From: Gemmatimonadota bacterium
GTDB lineage: Bacteria; Gemmatimonadota; Gemmatimonadetes; Gemmatimonadales; GWC2-71-9
DNA length: 64,000 bases
Direction of reading: 5' to 3'
Assembly: GCA_036679645.1 (NCBI GenBank)
Contig: JAZDCY010000042.1
Location: 1 to 64,000 of the forward strand
Numbering within the stretch: the stretch's first letter is position 1; each line of letters opens with the position of its first letter. Both the position numbers and the translations under genes were made by a program. The notes beneath the pieces were generated by a model. That model was not told where the DNA came from and did not search any database. It worked only from the letters and a program-made list of their open reading frames with translations. Below, in pieces: positions 58,521-64,000 of the stretch.

Positions 58521-60932
58521 TCAGCCCGACGCCACCTCCCGCAACGCCCGTCTTCCCGGCTTCTCCTCCACCTCGCCACGCTCTTCTTCCAGCTCGTAGC
58601 CCCGAGTGTAATACTGGTATCCATAGTACCGGTATTGGCCGTTGGCCCGGATATCGTTGAGCACGGCGCCGAGCACCCGGATGGGATAGCGCTCCAGCAT
58701 ATCGAGCTTGGCCTCGGCGAGTTGGCGGTCGGTAACGCCAGTACGCAGCACGAGCAACAGGTTGCCGGTCAATGTCGCCAGCACGAGCGGATCGATCCCG
58801 GCGCCGAGGGGCGGGCTGTCGATGATAATCACTCCGTAGCGCACCCGAAGACTGACCATGAGCTGCGACATGGGCCCCGAGCCCAGCAGTTCCGGGGCAG
58901 ACTGCATGCGGGTGCCCCCGCCGATGAACCCGAGATCGGGGTAGCTCGTGCTCTGGACGATCTCTTCTTCCGACGCGTCACCGTTCAGATAGTCGGTGAG
59001 TCCCGGTTTTCGACTCGCGCCCATCAGGCGGTGTTGCTCCCCACGGCGCACGTCACCATCGATGAGAAGTGTCCGATGCCCCGCGTCAGCAAACGCCAGA
59101 GCCAGATTCGCTGCGAGGAACGACTTACCGTCGCCCGGCCCGGGGCTCGAGATCGTGACGACTAGCGGCCCCGCTGCTCCGTGAGCGTGCGCAAGCGCAA
59201 GTCGTATCCCGCGCAGCGACTCGACCACCGGGATTGCATCCGGGCCCTCTAGCGCACCCTTGCGTGTCTTGACGTGCGGGACTGCCCCGAGAATGGGAAG
59301 GCCAAGGTCGTCGCTCACCTGCTCGGGGTAGCGCAGCTTGCGGTCAATGCGATCGAGGAGGATAGCGCCAGCGACGGCGGCCCCAAAGGCGCCGAGCACG
59401 GCCATCAAGAGCATGCGCTTGGCCTGGTCGCGCAAGGGCCGACGTGGCACGATCGCTCGGTCCAGGATCGAGATGTCAGGAACGGAGCTGGCCTCGGCCA
59501 GGCGGGCTTCCTCGAAGCCACTCTGGAGTCTCGTGTACAGAGCTTCTGCTATCGTCACATCGCGGCGGAGGCGCGCCTCCTCGATCGAGCGGGTGGGAAT
59601 CTCGCGCAGCTCGTCCGAGGCTGACGCAATCCGCGTATCGATCTCGTTCTCCCGAATGCGCATTTCCGCGATCAGCCCGCGCACCAGGGCGGGAATAGTC
59701 CGTCGCTGCAAATCGACGATCTGAGAGCGGGCCCGCCGCACCTCGGGGTTCGCCTCGGTGTACCGGTAGAGAAGCGCGCGCAGACTCGACCGCGCTTCTC
59801 CCAGCTCGCCGATCGCCTGGGAAAGATCCGCGGAACCTTGCGCGGCACTTATGACCATGAGCGCTTCGACCGATACCCCAGAATCCGCGTCGGCCAGCGC
59901 GCGCTCCAGCGCGACGCGATCCTGACCGAGCTGGTCGCGCTCCACGCGCATGGCGAAAAAGTTCGACATGACGGGACCCCGCGTCAGCTCGATGCCCCCA
60001 GCCAAAGGCGTTCCGCGCTCCGACGGCAGCGTGATCGTGGCGACGCGGAAGTCCTCCAGCTCTACTTCCGCCCCCTGGAGATTCGCTGCCGCGACCTGGA
60101 GCTGTTCACCCACAATCTTCCGCTGCTCCGTGAGTTTTTGCCGTTTGAGTTCGGCCGCGACCTCGACGAAGCGCTCGGCCGTCGCGTTCACCGCATAGGC
60201 GATCGTCGATGGCTCCGTCCCCGACAACTCCAACCGCAGGAAACTGCCATCCCGGTCGATGATCGTCCTCAGGTCCTGGCCCAACTGCAGGGCCGCGTCC
60301 CGCGGGGTGACGACCGAGAACCGGACCTTGATGCCGGGGGTCAAGACCTCTGAAGAGGGCTGCCAACTGAAGCCAATCTGCCGGCCAATCGAATCTCCCG
60401 CGTCCCCTCGATCGACGACCGACCCTTCCGCGGTGAGAAGCGTGAAGCGCTTCCCCGCAGCATCGATAAGCAGCTCGTAGTCACCCGGAGCGAATCTGTC
60501 CTGCAACGCGAGGCTCGAGAACACCGATGAATCCTTGGCCTGTGAGTACGAAACGAAGAGGTGTTGACGACGCACGACCTCATCGAGCACGACATACGAC
60601 CGCAGCAGATTCACCCAGCCCTGCGTCTCGAGCAGCTGCGCCGACCGGATAGGACCTCCCCCGCCGCGCTGCTGAGCCTGAATCCAGAGGGCTGCCTGCG
60701 CGATGTATTGGGGCTTGACCAACTTGGTCGCCCCAATACCGCCAGCTAGACCAAGCGCGGTCACAGCGAGTATGAGCCACTTGTACCGAAGGACCGCCGC
60801 GATATAACGCCGCCAGTGTACGCCCTCTTCGCCTGGCTCGTGTGCGCGCGCCACCGGGTATGACTCGCTCCATTGGGGAGCGACGGCCTGCTGCGGTTCA
60901 CGACTGGAAGGCGTCGGCAGGTTGTCAGGCAT
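58521..60932 (-). CDS. wzc: Polysaccharide co-polymerase / tyrosine autokinase (Wzc)
   Basis: N-terminal TM, coiled coils, ESLRGIR, Walker A PGPGDGKS, IIIDSPP and the Tyr cluster YRYYGYQYY. Confidence 0.93.
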   Translation of the reverse strand: MPDNLPTPSSREPQQAVAPQWSESYPVARAHEPGEEGVHWRRYIAAVLRYKWLILAVTALGLAGGIGATKLVKPQYIAQAALWIQAQQRGGGGPIRSAQLLETQGWVNLLRSYVVLDEVVRRQHLFVSYSQAKDSSVFSSLALQDRFAPGDYELLIDAAGKRFTLLTAEGSVVDRGDAGDSIGRQIGFSWQPSSEVLTPGIKVRFSVVTPRDAALQLGQDLRTIIDRDGSFLRLELSGTEPSTIAYAVNATAERFVEVAAELKRQKLTEQRKIVGEQLQVAAANLQGAEVELEDFRVATITLPSERGTPLAGGIELTRGPVMSNFFAMRVERDQLGQDRVALERALADADSGVSVEALMVISAAQGSADLSQAIGELGEARSSLRALLYRYTEANPEVRRARSQIVDLQRRTIPALVRGLIAEMRIRENEIDTRIASASDELREIPTRSIEEARLRRDVTIAEALYTRLQSGFEEARLAEASSVPDISILDRAIVPRRPLRDQAKRMLLMAVLGAFGAAVAGAILLDRIDRKLRYPEQVSDDLGLPILGAVPHVKTRKGALEGPDAIPVVESLRGIRLALAHAHGAAGPLVVTISSPGPGDGKSFLAANLALAFADAGHRTLLIDGDVRRGEQHRLMGASRKPGLTDYLNGDASEEEIVQSTSYPDLGFIGGGTRMQSAPELLGSGPMSQLMVSLRVRYGVIIIDSPPLGAGIDPLVLATLTGNLLLVLRTGVTDRQLAEAKLDMLERYPIRVLGAVLNDIRANGQYRYYGYQYYTRGYELEEERGEVEEKPGRRALREVASG

Positions 60933-61377
60933 TCGTCCAGGTCACCTCTATTGCTCGGTCAGCCCGCAAAGGGGCGCAGTGAATAAGGTACACCGGTGCC
61001 GCTTGCAATATCCCGGCCCGGTGCTGGCCTCATCCACGCAGGCCTAGGAAAGATCTAGGCTTGTCGGGATCACGCATCCACTCCTTTGCGCTAAGGGTTC
61101 CCTTAGCGGGGTGATGGATTCTCGCGACAATCCGGGTGTGTTGCATGATGCCAACACCGGGGCATTCTGCCTCCGGGCCCATGTTGCGGACCCGCCTCAC
61201 CGTCTCTTGACAGACCTCCCAAGGCCTTGTATTTCAAGCCTCTCCATAACCTGCCGCTCGAATCCAGCAGTGCGGCCTGATCTCTGCGTCCCGGAGGCAA
61301 CGATCAAACCTAAGCCCCTACGCCGGACCTCCCGCCGTGGGTGGCTCCGTCGAGACCCCGGACGAAGGATCGAGCGT

Positions 61378-62940
61378 ATGTCCATTGTCGAGCGCGACGC
61401 CAGCTCTTTGCCAGGGACCGCCACCGCCGGCCGGCCTCTGGAGGAGATCCCAAGCCCGGATGGGGCGCAACTCGATCCCGAGGTGCGGGCTTCTCTGCGG
61501 GTCCTCACGATCGACGACGAGCGCACCCTCCGGGAAAGCTGCAAGATGTTCCTCGAGAGTGAAGGGTACCGGGTCGAGACATCCGGCCGCGGTGAGGAAG
61601 CGCTCGATCTCCTCAAGCGGCGGGTCTACGATATTGTCCTGATCGACCTCCATATGTCCGGGGTCAACGGGATGGAGCTGCTGGAGACCTCGCTCAAGAA
61701 GAACCCGGACACGGTCGCGATAATCATGACGGGCAATGCGAGCGTGGCGTCGAGCGTCGAGGCTCTCCGGGCCGGCGCCTGGGACTACCTTCCTAAACCA
61801 TTCTCGGCCACGCACTTACAGGTCTTGATTGGCCGCGCGGCCCACACCGTGGCCATCATGCGCGAGTCGCAGGAGCTGGAGGCCGCCTCCCGGCGTCAGC
61901 ATGGGCACAGTGACAAGATCACGGTCCTCGGCAAAGCGCCTGCGTTCCAGGCCGCCATCGAGTTGGCACGGAAGGTCGCTCGGACCGATGCTTCGGTCTT
62001 CATTACTGGTGAGAGCGGGACGGGGAAGGAGCTGTTCGCGCAGTTCATTCATCAGCACAGCCGGCGCAACAGCCGTCAGATGGTGGCCCTGAACTGCGCG
62101 GCACTCCCGGAGGCCCTGCTCGAGTCGGAGATGTTCGGACACCGCAAGGGTGCCTTCACGGGCGCGGTACGCGATAAGGCCGGCCTGCTCGAGGTCGCTA
62201 ACGGCGGGACGATGTTCCTGGATGAATTGGCGGAGATGTCCAAGCCCATTCAGGCCAAGCTCTTACGAGTCATTCAGGATGGGGTGGTGCGGCGCGTAGG
62301 AAGTGAAACCAACGACGCCGTCGTAAACGTACGGTTCATCTCCGCGACCAATCAGGACCCGGACGAGGCCACCAAGGCGGGCATTCTGCGGGAAGACCTG
62401 TACTACCGGCTTCGCGTGGTCCCCATCCGCATCCCGCCCCTGCGGGAGCGGCCGGAAGACATCCCTCTGTTGGCAAACCATTTCCTGCGTCATTATTGGA
62501 CGCGTCACCGCAGTAGGACCGAGGCGCAGCCGACGTTTTCTGACGCCGCCATACGGGCACTCAAGAGCTACCGCTGGCGCGGGAACGTGCGGGAGTTGCA
62601 GAACGTGCTCGAGCATGCGGTCGTGCTGCTCGAGCCTGGCACGCCGATCAATCCGGGCGATATTCCGTTCATCGACAGCGCCATGCGGACGGCGGGCGAG
62701 CCGGCGACCGCGAACTGCCTGTCTGTGGCGACCGAGGCCAGCCCTGACGAGACGTATCACGATGCCCGCGATCGGATCCTGGCCGAGTTCGAGCTGGGCT
62801 ACCTCACGCGCCTGGTCCAGCGGGCCGGCGGTAACATGTCGAAGGCGGCCCGCATTGCCGGCGTCGATCGCACCACGTTGTATCGCATCATGGAAAAGCA
62901 CAGCCTCCAGCGAGAGACGATTATGGTCGAGGCTGAGTGA
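61378..62940 (+). CDS. Sigma54-dependent response regulator (NtrC/AtoC family)
   Basis: REC domain, [37 protein letters not shown] and a Fis-type HTH. Confidence 0.95.
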   Translation: MSIVERDASSLPGTATAGRPLEEIPSPDGAQLDPEVRASLRVLTIDDERTLRESCKMFLESEGYRVETSGRGEEALDLLKRRVYDIVLIDLHMSGVNGMELLETSLKKNPDTVAIIMTGNASVASSVEALRAGAWDYLPKPFSATHLQVLIGRAAHTVAIMRESQELEAASRRQHGHSDKITVLGKAPAFQAAIELARKVARTDASVFITGESGTGKELFAQFIHQHSRRNSRQMVALNCAALPEALLESEMFGHRKGAFTGAVRDKAGLLEVANGGTMFLDELAEMSKPIQAKLLRVIQDGVVRRVGSETNDAVVNVRFISATNQDPDEATKAGILREDLYYRLRVVPIRIPPLRERPEDIPLLANHFLRHYWTRHRSRTEAQPTFSDAAIRALKSYRWRGNVRELQNVLEHAVVLLEPGTPINPGDIPFIDSAMRTAGEPATANCLSVATEASPDETYHDARDRILAEFELGYLTRLVQRAGGNMSKAARIAGVDRTTLYRIMEKHSLQRETIMVEAE

Positions 62941-64000
62941 CACGAACCCGGTTGCGGAGCCCGCCGCGCGACGTGGCTAGACCGTACGTCCCTTCCCCGG
63001 CGGCGGACGACCCGTTGGCACAAATCGATTGTCCCCGTCTTCGGTCGGCAGCGAGTGCTGTGAGTGAGGCGTTTCGCAACGAGCACGGCGATGCAATCGA
63101 CCGCGATGAGGTAGGTCGGGTTGCGGCGGCGCTGGCCGCACGAGTTGCGGAGTTGTCGTCTGGACAAGAGCCCGGGGGCGAGATCGAGAAGAGCCTGCGG
63201 CAGTCGCTGGGCCGGTACCTGCTCGAACGCCTGCGCGGAGAAAGCGTGCGGACGTGGAGCGGCGACGGTGACGTCGCCGCCAATGAAATGCTCCAGGTAC
63301 TCAACGCGTTTGAGCGGGTGCGAGCGGAGATGGAACCGGACTGGTCGGATCACTTCACGAGTCGGCTGACCGGCCCCGGGGCGCTCGATCTGGTGGTCGA
63401 AGTGGCACACGACCTACGGTCCCCGCTCACGTCTATTCTGTTTCTCGCCGAGACACTCCAGCGGGGGCAGAGCGGCCTCGTCAACGATGTGCAGCGGCGG
63501 CAGCTGGGGTTGATCTACGGCGCCGCACTGGGATTGAGCGGGGTCACCAGCGACGTGATCGAACTGGCCCGTGGCGGTGAGCGGTTGGTGGATCAAGATC
63601 AGGCACCGTTCTCTATTGCCGAGACCCTGGAGTCGGTGCGCGACATCGTTGAGCCCATCGCCGAGGAGAAGGGGCTCGAAGTCAAGATCGTGATCCCGGA
63701 GGGCGATCGGCGGCTGGGCCATCCGTTGGCTCTGAGCCGGGTACTACTCAACCTCACCACGAACGCTCTGAAGTTCACCGATGAGGGATGGGTCGAGATC
63801 ATTGCGACCCCTGTGGAACACCATCTCACCCAGTTCGCGGTGCGGGACACCGGTCGGGGCATCCCGGCAGAGGCACTCGAGAGTCTCTATCTCCCGTTCC
63901 GCCGGACGGCTGCCCGTGGTGACTATTGCTTTTCGGGAACGGGTCTCGGACTCGCGATTTGTCGGAAGCTGGTCGAGGCCATGGGGTCAGAACTCGAAGT
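62937..64000 (+). CDS. Cytoplasmic sensor histidine kinase (runs off the window end)
   Basis: Hand translation gives EVAHDLRSPLTSI (H box), NLTTNALKFT (N box), VRDTGRGIP and GTGLGLAIC. No TM segment seen. Confidence 0.9.
   Translation, partial: MTRTRLRSPPRDVARPYVPSPAADDPLAQIDCPRLRSAASAVSEAFRNEHGDAIDRDEVGRVAAALAARVAELSSGQEPGGEIEKSLRQSLGRYLLERLRGESVRTWSGDGDVAANEMLQVLNAFERVRAEMEPDWSDHFTSRLTGPGALDLVVEVAHDLRSPLTSILFLAETLQRGQSGLVNDVQRRQLGLIYGAALGLSGVTSDVIELARGGERLVDQDQAPFSIAETLESVRDIVEPIAEEKGLEVKIVIPEGDRRLGHPLALSRVLLNLTTNALKFTDEGWVEIIATPVEHHLTQFAVRDTGRGIPAEALESLYLPFRRTAARGDYCFSGTGLGLAICRKLVEAMGSELE

Noticed and set aside
61004..61020. Sigma54-like site upstream of wzc (GGGCCGGGATATTGCA on the minus strand)
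   Set aside because: The spacing fits but the -24 element is a poor match, too weak to call.
1..64000. tRNA/rRNA genes, transposases, integrases
   Set aside because: None recognised by eye. A tRNAscan/Infernal run would be needed to exclude small RNAs.

Overview
High-GC bacterial DNA. Gene content and style suggest Gemmatimonadota, but that is inference, not a lookup. The window is dominated by a large surface-polysaccharide region. It has two Wzx/Wzy-type operons: 7.0-21.8 kb on + and a visibly more AT-rich cassette at 26.3-42.8 kb on -. It also has two initiating phosphoglycosyl transferases (WecA-like and WcaJ-like), two Wza/SLBB export proteins, Wzz, Wzc, a PHP tyrosine phosphatase and WecB. 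Housekeeping genes are interleaved (hflX, rarA, cca, alaS, lhgO, ZIP), and a sigma54 activator/histidine kinase pair lies at the right edge. Main leads: (1) a RiPP-like trio at 0.5-3.2 kb made of an HPr-kinase-like P-loop protein, a nucleotidyltransferase, and a PqqD/RRE domain fused to a twin-arginine leader-like segment and an acidic two-Cys core, behind a sigma54-type promoter; (2) a NeuB-less CMP-sugar-acid pathway built from an AroB-like cyclase, an HpcH aldolase, GmhA, two cytidylyltransferases and two DUF115 proteins, with a relic duplicated gene end at its border; (3) a multi-hairpin repeat family showing compensatory base changes, plus palindromes and heptamer repeats inserted in frame in alaS and rarA; (4) an apparent ATA start codon for hflX and several leaderless-type genes. 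At least five genes, including alaS and cca, carry short deletions or frameshifts, which may be assembly errors.
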